Assembly: GCA_039033415.1 (NCBI GenBank)
Contig: JBCCCR010000022.1
Span: 29,579 to 93,578, forward strand
DNA length: 64,000 nucleotides
Source of the DNA: Pseudomonadota bacterium
GTDB lineage: Bacteria > Pseudomonadota > Gammaproteobacteria > Xanthomonadales > SZUA-38
Direction: 5' to 3'
The notes beneath the pieces are model-generated. The model was not told the origin of the DNA. It saw nothing but the letters and a program-made list of their open reading frames with translations, and ran no database searches. Made by a program: the position numbers and the translations under genes. Shown in pieces: positions 1-8,683 of this stretch (position 1 is the stretch's first letter; each line of letters begins with the position of its first letter).

Positions 1-484
1 CGATCTGCGCACCCCGCGAATTCTGTTGCTGGTCCGCAACGCTTACGGCGGTGCTTACGCCTCCTTCAACAACTACCCCACCGGGGCGGACTACGTTTTC
101 GCCCTGCCGTCCACTCGTGTGGCGGTGATGGGTCCTGCCGGCCGTGAGTTTGTCTACAAAAAAGAGCTGCAGTCACTGCGTGCTGAGCGAAAGCAGCGCG
201 TGGCTGAGCTGGCGGCCAAGCTGCGAGAGTCGGGCAGCACGCCGGAGGCGGCGACCGCTGAGGCCACCCGCGAGGCAGATGCCTGGTTCGCCGGCAAAGA
301 CGCTGAGCTCGTAGCACGCTACGAAAAGGCGCTGATGAATCCGAAAGAGGGGCTGAGCCTCGGCTCCATCTCGCAGATTGTCATGCCGTCCGAGCTACGG
401 AAGCTCCTGGGCACCACCATCGATTTCTGTTTGCGTCACTACGAGCCCAGTCCGCTGACGGGCGTCCAGCGGGAGTTCCACTGA
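1..484 (+). CDS. acyl-CoA carboxylase carboxyltransferase (beta) subunit, C-terminal fragment (5' end outside window)
   Basis: The ORF is open from the window edge. '..RNAYGGAYASFNNYPTGADYVFALPSTRVAVMGPAG..' resembles the C-terminal carboxyltransferase motif of propionyl/methylcrotonyl-CoA carboxylase beta chains. Stop TGA 482-484 overlaps the next ATG (TGATG). Confidence 0.8.
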   Translation, partial: DLRTPRILLLVRNAYGGAYASFNNYPTGADYVFALPSTRVAVMGPAGREFVYKKELQSLRAERKQRVAELAAKLRESGSTPEAATAEATREADAWFAGKDAELVARYEKALMNPKEGLSLGSISQIVMPSELRKLLGTTIDFCLRHYEPSPLTGVQREFH

Positions 485-3318
485 TGGCCGGCATCTATAC
501 CCAAAACCCGCAGGTCTTCGAAGACCGTCGCCGCAGCCGGGGCGGCTCCGACTGGGAGCGCAGCTTTGCCTGTGAACATTTGAGGCCACTGATCATCTGC
601 CGCGGCCCGGTGCGCAAGGAGGCGATGGACGTCTTTTCCCAGATGGGCATCGAGCACTTCGGCATTCTGCTCTCGGAAAAAGATTCAATCGCCTTTCCCC
701 GAGCGCTTGCGCCGGAGCTGCGGGAGCTCAAGGACCAGTCGCGCATCCACCGGCTGCCCGACTACAGCGGCGTGGATCAAGCCGAGCGGGAGCATCGCAT
801 CGCGCAAATCATCGGCATCGCAAAGGCAAACGGCTACAACTCGGTGTTCGCCGGCTACGGCTTCATGGCCGAAGAGGAAATTCTGGTGCGATCACTGGAG
901 GAGGCCGGACTCAACTTTATCGGCCCCTGCAGCCGCACCGTGCGCGATGCCGGGCGCAAAGACGTGGCCAAACGAACCGCGCTGGCCTGCGACATCAGCG
1001 TAACGCCTGGCGTGGATAACGTCAGCGCCCTGGCGCTGCTGCGCAAACATTCAACGGTCGACGCGCTCACGGCGCTGGCCCAGGAGCAAGGTCTTGAGCT
1101 GCCGGCCGATCTACCCGACACCCCCGAGCTGCTGGCGGAAGACGTGCTGGATGCTAGCTACCGCGCTGCGGTGGAGGTCATCACCGTCGACGAGCTCTGC
1201 GATGAGATTCGCCGGCAGGTGGCCAACCTGTTTGAGAAGTATCCCGATCGTCGCTTACGGCTCAAGGCCATTGGTGGCGGTGGGGGAAAAGGCCAGCGGC
1301 TCCTTGAGTCGCCGAGCAGCCTCAGTGCCGACAGCCCTGAGGCCTGTATCGCCAAAGCCGCCGCCCAGGCTCCGGAGAAGGCTCGAGAGATCTTTTCTGA
1401 GGTGAAGGCCACCGGGCCCGGCGATAACAAAAACCTGTTGATCGAGCTCAACATCGACAGCAACCGGCACCAGGAGGTGCAGCTGCTCGGCAATGGCGAC
1501 TGGTGTATCGCGCTCGGTTCGCGCGACTGTTCGCTCCAGATGCATGAGCAGAAGCTGCTGGAAATCTCGGTGACCGAGCCGTCGATCGAACGGGCCATCG
1601 AAGCCTCCCGGTCGGCCGGCAACGAGATACGTGCTCAGGCGCTGCAGGATGAGCTGGACATTCTCAATCGCATGCAGGCCGAGGCGGAGCGTTTCGGCGC
1701 AGCGACGGGGCTGGACTCGGTGTCCACCTGGGAATGTATCGTCGACGGCAACAACCACTACTTCATGGAGATGAATACCCGCATCCAGGTGGAGCACCGC
1801 GTGACGGAGCTGTGCTACGCGCTGGAGTTCGAGAACCCGGAGTTTCCCGGCGAGGCGTTTCAGGTCAACTCGCTGATCGAGGCGATGGCGATACTCGCGG
1901 CACACGGTCCGCGGCTGCCAAGGCCGAAGCGAGTCGTGCGAAACATGGACTCCATCGAGATGCGCCTCAACGCCACCAATGACGCCCTGGCGCCGCACGC
2001 GGGTGGCCTGATTCAGTCGTGGTCGCCATGTTTGCCAAATGAGATTCGCGACGACCAGGGAATCAGCGTACCCAATCCCGATACGGGCCTGTTTATGCCG
2101 TACTACCTGGCTGGCGCGTACGACAGCAACCTCGCGCTTCTGCTGACGGTTGGGGAGTCACGGCGCGAAACGTGTGAAGGGCTGGGCGACGTGATGCGCC
2201 GGGCCAAGCTTCGCGGTCGCGACCTTGAGACCAACCTCGAGTTTCACTACGGCCTGCTGCACTGGTTGCTGGCCAACGACGTCCGCGCGAAGGTTGGAAC
2301 CCGCTTTGTGCCGCCTTACCTGGTTGCGGTGGCGGACCTGGCCACCAGCGCTGAGGGGCTGGACCTTGCCGGCGTCTATTCGGCGGTGGTTTCCCAGGAG
2401 CTGCAGAGCATTGGCGCGGAGCATCGGGCAGCGGTACAGGCGATCGCGGAGCAGAAACGCACTCTGCTGCTGCGGCCTCTGCGGCGGCTTTTTGATCATC
2501 CGCACGTGCTGTCGGGCTGGCTGAGCGCTTCAAGCGGCTGGGGAAGCTGGGATGACGAGCATTGGCGCTGGTCCGTCAACCCGCTGGAGGTGCTGGATCG
2601 CCTGTATTCGTTCCTGTCGATGGATGCGCAGCCAGATCAACCGCCGGCTTACGTCATCTGGGACCACGATCAGGCGCTGCTGCAGCAGGCGATGGCGTTC
2701 TACGAGCAGCTCCAGCAGCAGCTCGGTGCTCAAGACTACGCTTCAGCCGAAGCCGCGCTGGCGGCAGCGTCGGAAGATGCGGGCGATGGTCCGTCGGCTG
2801 CAGCGCTCAAAGCCAGTCACGCCGGGTTCCAGCTTGGCAACGCAATCCTGGCGCTGCCTCAGCTGCTGGCTCAGGAAAGCGGTTTCTACGATCTGAAGGT
2901 CAACGAAGATCTCACCGTCGAAATCCCTGACCGGCTGCAGGGCAAAGAAACGCAGGATGCCGCCCGCCTGGTGCTGGCGCCGCCGCCGCGCGCCACCGGC
3001 AACCAGATCCTCGCGGAAGCCGGCGGGATGTACTACGCCCGCCAGGCGCCGGACCTGCCGCCGTTTATTGAGGTGGGCGACCACTTCGAGGCGGGCGATC
3101 CGCTCTACGTGATTGAGGTGATGAAAATGTTCAACGTGGTGCGGGCGCGCTTTGCCGGCACCATCACCCGTCTACTGATTGCGGACGACGGCGTGGTGGT
3201 GAAAAAAGGTCAGCCGGTATTCGACATCGAGCCAGACGCCACTGACGGTGACGGTGAGAGTGAAGATGACGCTGCCCGCTCGCAGCGTTTGCGGGAGCTT
3301 TCTGCACGCCTAACCTGA
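484..3318 (+). CDS. biotin carboxylase (ATP-grasp) fused to a C-terminal biotin carboxyl carrier domain, unusually long (944 aa)
   Basis: ATP-grasp motifs 'KAIGGGGGKGQR', 'RDCSLQMHEQKLLE' and 'YFMEMNTRIQVEHRVTE'. C-terminal biotinyl-lysine motif 'EVMKMFN'. Coupled to the upstream carboxyltransferase gene. Confidence 0.85.
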   Translation: MAGIYTQNPQVFEDRRRSRGGSDWERSFACEHLRPLIICRGPVRKEAMDVFSQMGIEHFGILLSEKDSIAFPRALAPELRELKDQSRIHRLPDYSGVDQAEREHRIAQIIGIAKANGYNSVFAGYGFMAEEEILVRSLEEAGLNFIGPCSRTVRDAGRKDVAKRTALACDISVTPGVDNVSALALLRKHSTVDALTALAQEQGLELPADLPDTPELLAEDVLDASYRAAVEVITVDELCDEIRRQVANLFEKYPDRRLRLKAIGGGGGKGQRLLESPSSLSADSPEACIAKAAAQAPEKAREIFSEVKATGPGDNKNLLIELNIDSNRHQEVQLLGNGDWCIALGSRDCSLQMHEQKLLEISVTEPSIERAIEASRSAGNEIRAQALQDELDILNRMQAEAERFGAATGLDSVSTWECIVDGNNHYFMEMNTRIQVEHRVTELCYALEFENPEFPGEAFQVNSLIEAMAILAAHGPRLPRPKRVVRNMDSIEMRLNATNDALAPHAGGLIQSWSPCLPNEIRDDQGISVPNPDTGLFMPYYLAGAYDSNLALLLTVGESRRETCEGLGDVMRRAKLRGRDLETNLEFHYGLLHWLLANDVRAKVGTRFVPPYLVAVADLATSAEGLDLAGVYSAVVSQELQSIGAEHRAAVQAIAEQKRTLLLRPLRRLFDHPHVLSGWLSASSGWGSWDDEHWRWSVNPLEVLDRLYSFLSMDAQPDQPPAYVIWDHDQALLQQAMAFYEQLQQQLGAQDYASAEAALAAASEDAGDGPSAAALKASHAGFQLGNAILALPQLLAQESGFYDLKVNEDLTVEIPDRLQGKETQDAARLVLAPPPRATGNQILAEAGGMYYARQAPDLPPFIEVGDHFEAGDPLYVIEVMKMFNVVRARFAGTITRLLIADDGVVVKKGQPVFDIEPDATDGDGESEDDAARSQRLRELSARLT

Positions 3319-3450
3319 CGTATTGCTGTCCGATGCGGGCGACGTGTGAAGGAATGTCACAGAAACGGTTTCTGGGACTTTTTTCGGTGACAATGTCGGC
3401 ATACGTTGATCGCCGGTGGGGGCCGGTGATGCGAAGCAAAGGACATCAAT

Positions 3451-3618
3451 ATGCAGAAGACGAGCCGTCGGGCTTTACTGAAAAAGGCGGGCTATGTCGC
3501 ACCAGCCGTTCTCACGCTCACCGCAACGCCCGCCATGGCGCAGTCCGGCTCGTCCGGGCGGCGTATGCACCGAGAGCGACGCCGCGACAGGCCGGTTCGT
3601 CGGCGCCCACAGGGCTAG
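3451..3618 (+). CDS. small ORF (55 aa): Tat-like signal peptide followed by an Arg-rich basic tail. Not in the supplied ORF track because it is under 60 aa.
   Basis: My translation is MQKTSRRALLKKAGYVAPAVLTLTATPAMAQSGSSGRRMHRERRRDRPVRRRPQG*. AGGA lies 7 nt upstream of ATG 3451. It has an 'SRRALLKK' twin-Arg n-region, a hydrophobic h-region and an 'AMA' cleavage-like site. GC3 is about 73% by hand count. Confidence 0.4.
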   Translation: MQKTSRRALLKKAGYVAPAVLTLTATPAMAQSGSSGRRMHRERRRDRPVRRRPQG

Positions 3619-3662
3619 CGACCACGCGGACTCGACCCCGCCGAGCCTGAGGCTCGGCGTTG

Positions 3663-4355
3663 TTACCGTGACGGTTCCCGGGTGAGCCACGTCCAGGTCG
3701 CAAGGCGATCGTCGAGGTGAAAAGCCTGCACGGTCATGGCGCTGATCGCCGTCTCGGCCGCAAGCTCATCATTCAGCACAACTTCCAGCTGCTCGCGATT
3801 CCCGGGTAGCACCGACACCTCTTTGTAGCCCACAAACCGTTTCACCAGCGGAAACAGGCATTTGTAGATACTCTCTTTGGCGCTGAACATCAGCACGGCA
3901 AGCGTAGGGTCATCGCTGGCGTTGAGCACGCCCAGCTCATCGTCATTAAACAACAGGCGCCAGGTGTTGGGTTTGAGCCGCGTGCTGCACTCCACGTCCA
4001 GCCCGAGTCCCAGCCACTGCGCCTGTGGCGCCAGCCAGGCTAAGGCGCTGACGTTGTCGTGCGTGATGGTGCCGACGAGGCCACCCGGCCAGCAGGGTTC
4101 GCGCTGGGAGCCGACCGGTAGCGAAGACAGTTCAATGCCCAACGCGGCGGCACCCGCTTTGGCAGCCACGCGGCCGGCGGCAAACTCCCGCCGGCGCTTG
4201 TCCACCGCTCGGCTCAGCGGCTGGCGTTCTTCTCCGGTGAGGTCAGACCAGTGGTGGTCGGAGAACTGGCACCAGGCGGCCTTGGAGCCCGGGGCTGAGG
4301 CTTCCAGCGCTTGGATCAGGCTCAGCTCAAACTGATGCGGCTTGCTCGTGCTCAT
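3663..4355 (-). CDS. 4'-phosphopantetheinyl transferase (EntD/Sfp superfamily)
   Basis: Motifs 'WPGGLVGTITHD', 'LGLDVE' and 'FSAKESIYKC'. The start is set at internal ATG 4355 (MSTSKPHQ..). The 398-aa track ORF is an out-of-gene extension that overlaps rmlC in another frame. Confidence 0.85.
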   Translation of the reverse strand: MSTSKPHQFELSLIQALEASAPGSKAAWCQFSDHHWSDLTGEERQPLSRAVDKRRREFAAGRVAAKAGAAALGIELSSLPVGSQREPCWPGGLVGTITHDNVSALAWLAPQAQWLGLGLDVECSTRLKPNTWRLLFNDDELGVLNASDDPTLAVLMFSAKESIYKCLFPLVKRFVGYKEVSVLPGNREQLEVVLNDELAAETAISAMTVQAFHLDDRLATWTWLTREPSR

Positions 4356-4899
4356 CGTAGGCGGGCAGGGTGTTGCAGTCGGCAAGGTTGGGCGCGCTGC
4401 GGTCTTTGTCCGACAGCAGCGGCTGGTCGACCGGCCAGCTGATGCCGATGTCCGGGTCGTCCCAGGCCAGTGAGCGATCGTTGGCCGGTTCATAAACGCG
4501 CGTGCACTGATAGCTGAAGATAGCGAACTCCGACAGCACGCAGAAACCGTGCGCAAACCCTTCCGGCACATAGAGCTGGCGATGGTTGTCGCCGGAGAGG
4601 TGATAACCCTCCCACTGGCCAAACGTCGGAGAGCCCCGCCGGATGTCGACCGCAACGTCAAAGACTTCACCGCTGAGCACGTGCACGAGCTTTCCCTGCG
4701 GGTTGGGCTCCTGAAAGTGAAGCCCGCGCAGGACCCCTTGAGCGGACTTGGACAGGTTGTTCTGCCGGAACATCGTCGGCAGCCCCACCTCGCTATAGCG
4801 TGCGTGGTTCCAGGTTTCCATAAAGAAGCCGCGATCGTCGCCGTGAAGCACCGGCTCAAACAGCATCACGCCGGGAATCTGGGTAGGGAGCACCTTCAT
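4327..4899 (-). CDS. rmlC: dTDP-4-dehydrorhamnose 3,5-epimerase
   Basis: Full-length RmlC-like sequence ('[10 protein letters not shown]', 'RGLHFQ', '[11 protein letters not shown]'). ATGA overlap with the rmlA stop. Confidence 0.95.
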   Translation of the reverse strand: MKVLPTQIPGVMLFEPVLHGDDRGFFMETWNHARYSEVGLPTMFRQNNLSKSAQGVLRGLHFQEPNPQGKLVHVLSGEVFDVAVDIRRGSPTFGQWEGYHLSGDNHRQLYVPEGFAHGFCVLSEFAIFSYQCTRVYEPANDRSLAWDDPDIGISWPVDQPLLSDKDRSAPNLADCNTLPAYDEHEQAASV

Positions 4900-5783
4900 A
4901 TCGGATGGGCGCCGTCAGCGGCCAGCTTCAGCAGGTATTGGCCATAGCCGTTTTTGCTTAAGGGGGTGGCAAGCCGCTCAAGCTGCTGCGCGGAAATCCA
5001 GCCTTTGGAGAAAGCGATCTCCTCCGGACAGCAGATACGCAGCCCCTGACGCTGCTCCAGCGTCTCGATGTAGGTGCTGGCCTGCACCAGCGACTCGTGC
5101 GTGCCGGTATCCAGCCAGGCGTAGCCTCGTCCCATCCGCTCCAGGTGAAGCTCATCCTGCTCGAGGTAGCGTCGGTTCAGATCGGTGATCTCCAGCTCGC
5201 CGCGAGGGGACGGCTCGAGCTCCGCGGCAAACGCGGGTGCGCGGCCGTCGTAGAAATACAGGCCCGTCACCGCGTAGTTGGAGCGCGGTTTTTCCGGCTT
5301 TTCTTCAATGCTGATGACCTTGCCGCTGGCGTCCATCTCCGCCACGCCGTAGCGCTCCGGGTCCCGCACCCAGTAGCCGAACACGGTGGCGCCCGACTGG
5401 CGCTCGTCAGCGCTCTTGAGCATCGGCACCAGGCCGTGGCCATAGAAGATGTTGTCACCCAGCACCAGGCAGGAGTCTTTGCCGTCCACGAAATCAGCGC
5501 CGATCAGGTAGGCCTGGGCGAGCCCGCCCGGGTCGGGCTGCACAGCGTAGCTGATGGACATGCCCCAGCCGGCGCCGTCACCCAGGAGCTCCTGAAACTG
5601 CGCCTGGTCGTGCGGTGTGGTGATGATGAGCACCTCCCGGATGTCGGCCAGCATCAGGGTGCTCAGTGGGTAGTAAATCATCGGCTTGTCGTAGATCGGC
5701 AGCAGCTGCTTGCTCACGACTCGCGTGACCGGGTAAAGGCGCGTTCCGCTGCCGCCGGCGAGAATGATGCCGCGTCGACTCAC
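4896..5783 (-). CDS. rmlA: glucose-1-phosphate thymidylyltransferase
   Basis: '[16 protein letters not shown]' signature. The start is reassigned to GTG 5783, which has GGAG 7 nt upstream and forms a GTGA overlap with the rmlB stop. This gives 295 aa, typical for RmlA. Confidence 0.93.
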   Translation of the reverse strand: MSRRGIILAGGSGTRLYPVTRVVSKQLLPIYDKPMIYYPLSTLMLADIREVLIITTPHDQAQFQELLGDGAGWGMSISYAVQPDPGGLAQAYLIGADFVDGKDSCLVLGDNIFYGHGLVPMLKSADERQSGATVFGYWVRDPERYGVAEMDASGKVISIEEKPEKPRSNYAVTGLYFYDGRAPAFAAELEPSPRGELEITDLNRRYLEQDELHLERMGRGYAWLDTGTHESLVQASTYIETLEQRQGLRICCPEEIAFSKGWISAQQLERLATPLSKNGYGQYLLKLAADGAHPI

Positions 5784-6856
5784 GATGCCGCTCCTCCGCC
5801 CTGGAGTCCGAGCCGCTGACCCTGATAGCTGCCGTCCTGGATGTGGTTCACCCACGGCTCGTTGTCCAGGTACCAGGCCACGGTGTCGCGGATGCCGTCC
5901 GCGAAACTAAGGGCCGGGGCCCAGCCCAGCTCGTTTTGCAGCTTGCTGGCGTCGATGGCGTAGCGTCTATCGTGGCCCGGTCGGTCTTTGACGAACGTGA
6001 TCTGGTCGCGGTACTGGCCGCTCTCCAGCGGCCGGCGACGGTCCAGCTCCGCGCAGATGGTTTCCACCACGTCGAGGTTGGCCATCTCGGCGTCGCCGCC
6101 CACGTTGTACACCTCGCCCGGCGTACCTCTTTCCAGCACGGCCGTGATGGCGGCGCAGTGGTCTGAGACGTGCAGCCAGTCGCGCACGTTTTGCCCATCG
6201 CCGTAGATCGGCAGCGGCTCGCCGGCCAGCGCCTTGTTGATGATCAGCGGGATGAGCTTCTCCGGGAACTGGTACGGACCGTAGTTGTTCGAGCAGTTGG
6301 TGGTGAGCACCGGCAGCCCGTAGGTGTGGTGAAACGCGCGCACCAGGTGGTCTGATGCGGCTTTGGAGGCCGAGTAGGGTGAGTTGGGGGCGTAGGGCGT
6401 GGTTTCGGTGAATTTGCCAGTCTCTCCGAGCGAGCCGTAGACCTCATCGGTAGATACGTGCAGGAAGCGAAACGCCTGCTGCTGCGTCTCGGCGAGCCCC
6501 TGCCAGTACTTCAGGCAGCACTCCAGCAGCGACAGCGTGCCCACCACGTTGGTCTGGACAAAGGCTGCCGGCCCGTCGATGGAGCGGTCCACGTGGCTCT
6601 CCGCGGCGAAGTTGATGACCGCCGTCGGCTGGTGCCCGCTCAGCAGGCCGGCCACCAGCTCCGCGTGACCGATGTCGCCATGCACAAACTGATGGCCTTC
6701 CTGACCCATCACCGAGTTCAGCGTCTCCAGATTGCCGGCGTAGGTGAGGGCGTCGAGGTTAACCACGGTCGCGCGACCGCTTTTCACGGCGTCCAGCACA
6801 AAATTACCGCCGATGAATCCGGCGCCGCCGGTCACCAGCCACACGGGCTTACTCAT
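5780..6856 (-). CDS. rmlB: dTDP-glucose 4,6-dehydratase
   Basis: '[12 protein letters not shown]' Rossmann motif, '[10 protein letters not shown]' catalytic YxxxK, and full-length RmlB similarity. Confidence 0.95.
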   Translation of the reverse strand: MSKPVWLVTGGAGFIGGNFVLDAVKSGRATVVNLDALTYAGNLETLNSVMGQEGHQFVHGDIGHAELVAGLLSGHQPTAVINFAAESHVDRSIDGPAAFVQTNVVGTLSLLECCLKYWQGLAETQQQAFRFLHVSTDEVYGSLGETGKFTETTPYAPNSPYSASKAASDHLVRAFHHTYGLPVLTTNCSNNYGPYQFPEKLIPLIINKALAGEPLPIYGDGQNVRDWLHVSDHCAAITAVLERGTPGEVYNVGGDAEMANLDVVETICAELDRRRPLESGQYRDQITFVKDRPGHDRRYAIDASKLQNELGWAPALSFADGIRDTVAWYLDNEPWVNHIQDGSYQGQRLGLQGGGAAS

Positions 6857-6917
6857 GTTCGGGGTTTCTCATTTCTTGGCAGTTCTTGGGTCTGGATGCT
6901 GCCGGGCTTGACGCGCC

Positions 6918-7391
6918 TTAGAACGGAATGTCGTCGTCGAAGTCGTCCGGCGGCGGGCCGGCCGGAGCCTGCGCCTGGCCACCCGCGGGCGCCGGGCTGC
7001 GCTGCTGCTGCGGCCGACCGCCACCGCCTTCAAACGGCGCGCTGCCGCCGCCGCCGCGGCTGTCCAGCATCTGCATTTCGTCAGCGATGATCTCGGTGGT
7101 CCAGCGGTCCTGACCCTGCTTGTCCTGCCACTTGCGCGTCTGCAGCCGGCCTTCGAGGTAGACCTTGGAGCCTTTGCGCAGGTACTCAGCGGCGATTTCG
7201 CCGAGCCGGCCGAACAGCACCACGCGGTGCCACTCGGTCTCTTCGCGCATTTCGTTGCTCTGCTTGTCGCGCCAGCTCCGGGAGGTAGCCACGCTCAGGT
7301 TGCTCACCGCCGCGCCGCTGGCCGTGTAGCGGGTATCGGGATCGTTGCCCAGATTTCCGACCAAAATCACTTTATTGATGCCGCGGGCCAT
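6918..7391 (-). CDS. ssb: single-stranded DNA-binding protein
   Basis: OB-fold N-terminus '[18 protein letters not shown]', Gly/Pro/Gln-rich linker, and acidic tip 'DDFDDDIPF'. Confidence 0.97.
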   Translation of the reverse strand: MARGINKVILVGNLGNDPDTRYTASGAAVSNLSVATSRSWRDKQSNEMREETEWHRVVLFGRLGEIAAEYLRKGSKVYLEGRLQTRKWQDKQGQDRWTTEIIADEMQMLDSRGGGGSAPFEGGGGRPQQQRSPAPAGGQAQAPAGPPPDDFDDDIPF

Positions 7392-7508
7392 GGTTTCCTC
7401 CTGTGCGCGTGGGGCTGAAAGCAGGCGGCAGAGTCTACCAGAAAGGTGTTTGTGAGCTGTAGGCGCGGGGCCTGGATCTATGTGAGTCAGGTGCGCATTT
7501 AGCTTATA

Positions 7509-8546
7509 ATGCTGGGGCTAACTACGAGTTTTTCTGTGTCCGCAACCGTAAACGATCTCAAGACGCCCGCTTCGGGCGACTTTTTTGCCAGCGTTACAGA
7601 CCTGGTGCGCGAAGACATGGCGTCGGTGGATCGGTGTATCCGCAGCGGCCTGTACTCCGACGTCCCGCTGATCAACCAGATCTCCGACTACATCGTCGGG
7701 GGTGGGGGCAAGCGTCTGCGCCCGGCGCTGCACCTGCTGTGCGCCCAGGCCGTGGGGTATCGCGGCGAGCACCACATCAAGCTGGCCGCCATTATCGAAT
7801 TCATCCACACCGCCACCCTGCTGCATGACGACGTGGTGGACGAGTCGGAGCTGCGGCGCGGCAAAGACACCGCTAACGCGGTTTGGGGCAACGCCGCCAG
7901 CGTGCTGGTGGGCGACTTTCTCTACTCGCGCGCGTTTCAGATGATGGTGGAAGTGGATCAGATGCCGGTGATGCAGATCCTGTCTGACACCACCAACACC
8001 ATCGCCGAAGGCGAGGTGATGCAGCTCCTCAACCAGGGCAACCCAGACACTGACGAAGCGCGCTACCTGGCGGTCATTCGCTGCAAAACGGCCAAACTTT
8101 TTGAGGCCGCGGCGGAGCTCGCCGGCGTGATCGGCGGGGTTTCTGAGCCGGTGCAGCGGGGCCTGGCTAACTACGGTATGCACCTGGGCCTGGCTTTTCA
8201 GCTGGCTGACGACATGCTGGACTACGCGGGCGACACCCGGGAGCTGGGCAAGAACCTGGGTGACGATCTGGCGGAAGGCAAACCCACGTTGCCGCTGATC
8301 CACGTCCTGCGCGAAGGCAACGAGCAGCAGAGAACGCTAGTGCGCAACGCCATCGAACACGACGGTCTGCAGGATCTGAACCTCGTGATCCAGGCGATCA
8401 AAGACACCCAGGCCCTGGACTACACCCGCGATCGAGCGCTGGCCGAGGCCCAGATGGCGCGCGCCTCGCTAGACTGTCTGGCGCCGGGGCCGGCCAAAGA
8501 CGGCCTGATTACGCTCACTGAACTGGCGGTTTCGCGCCGCAGCTGA
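7509..8546 (+). CDS. ispB: octaprenyl-diphosphate synthase (start codon uncertain)
   Basis: Polyprenyl synthase motifs '[15 protein letters not shown]' and 'QLADDMLD'. ATG 7509 sits inside a perfect TATAAT (7505-7510) and has no SD, so GTG 7536 or ATG 7617 are alternative starts. Confidence 0.9.
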   Translation: MLGLTTSFSVSATVNDLKTPASGDFFASVTDLVREDMASVDRCIRSGLYSDVPLINQISDYIVGGGGKRLRPALHLLCAQAVGYRGEHHIKLAAIIEFIHTATLLHDDVVDESELRRGKDTANAVWGNAASVLVGDFLYSRAFQMMVEVDQMPVMQILSDTTNTIAEGEVMQLLNQGNPDTDEARYLAVIRCKTAKLFEAAAELAGVIGGVSEPVQRGLANYGMHLGLAFQLADDMLDYAGDTRELGKNLGDDLAEGKPTLPLIHVLREGNEQQRTLVRNAIEHDGLQDLNLVIQAIKDTQALDYTRDRALAEAQMARASLDCLAPGPAKDGLITLTELAVSRRS

Positions 8547-8587
8547 ATCTAAAAGGCCAAGACTGACCCGCCCGAGAAAGGGGTCTG

Positions 8588-8644
8588 AAAAAGGGGTCAG
8601 GTTAAATTTCGGCCGAGGGCCGAAATTTAACCTGACCCCTTTTT
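8588..8644. terminator. 27-bp perfect inverted repeat with a 3-nt loop, flanked by A- and T-runs (bidirectional intrinsic-terminator-like hairpin)
   Basis: 'aaaaaggggtcaggttaaatttcggcc' (8588-8614), loop 'gag', then 'ggccgaaatttaacctgaccccttttt' (8618-8644). Imperfect complementarity continues outward to about 8574-8660. It lies between ispB and typA. Confidence 0.6.
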
Positions 8645-8683
8645 CCTTTTTCCCTTATTTCGGGTTGAGACTGGAGAGTCCCT

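Noticed and set aside
4356-4859. N-terminal 168-aa extension of the PPTase track ORF (3663-4859)
   Set aside because: The extension lies wholly inside rmlC in another frame and has Cys/Arg/Ser/Thr-rich nonsense-like composition. The PPTase homology begins only at ATG 4355.
7488-7517. dif-like sequence 'GGTGCGCATTTAGCTTATAATGCTGGGG'
   Set aside because: The first 9 nt equal the E. coli dif XerC arm (GGTGCGCAT), but the central region and the XerD arm (TTATGTTAAAT) do not match. It is more simply promoter-region sequence for ispB.
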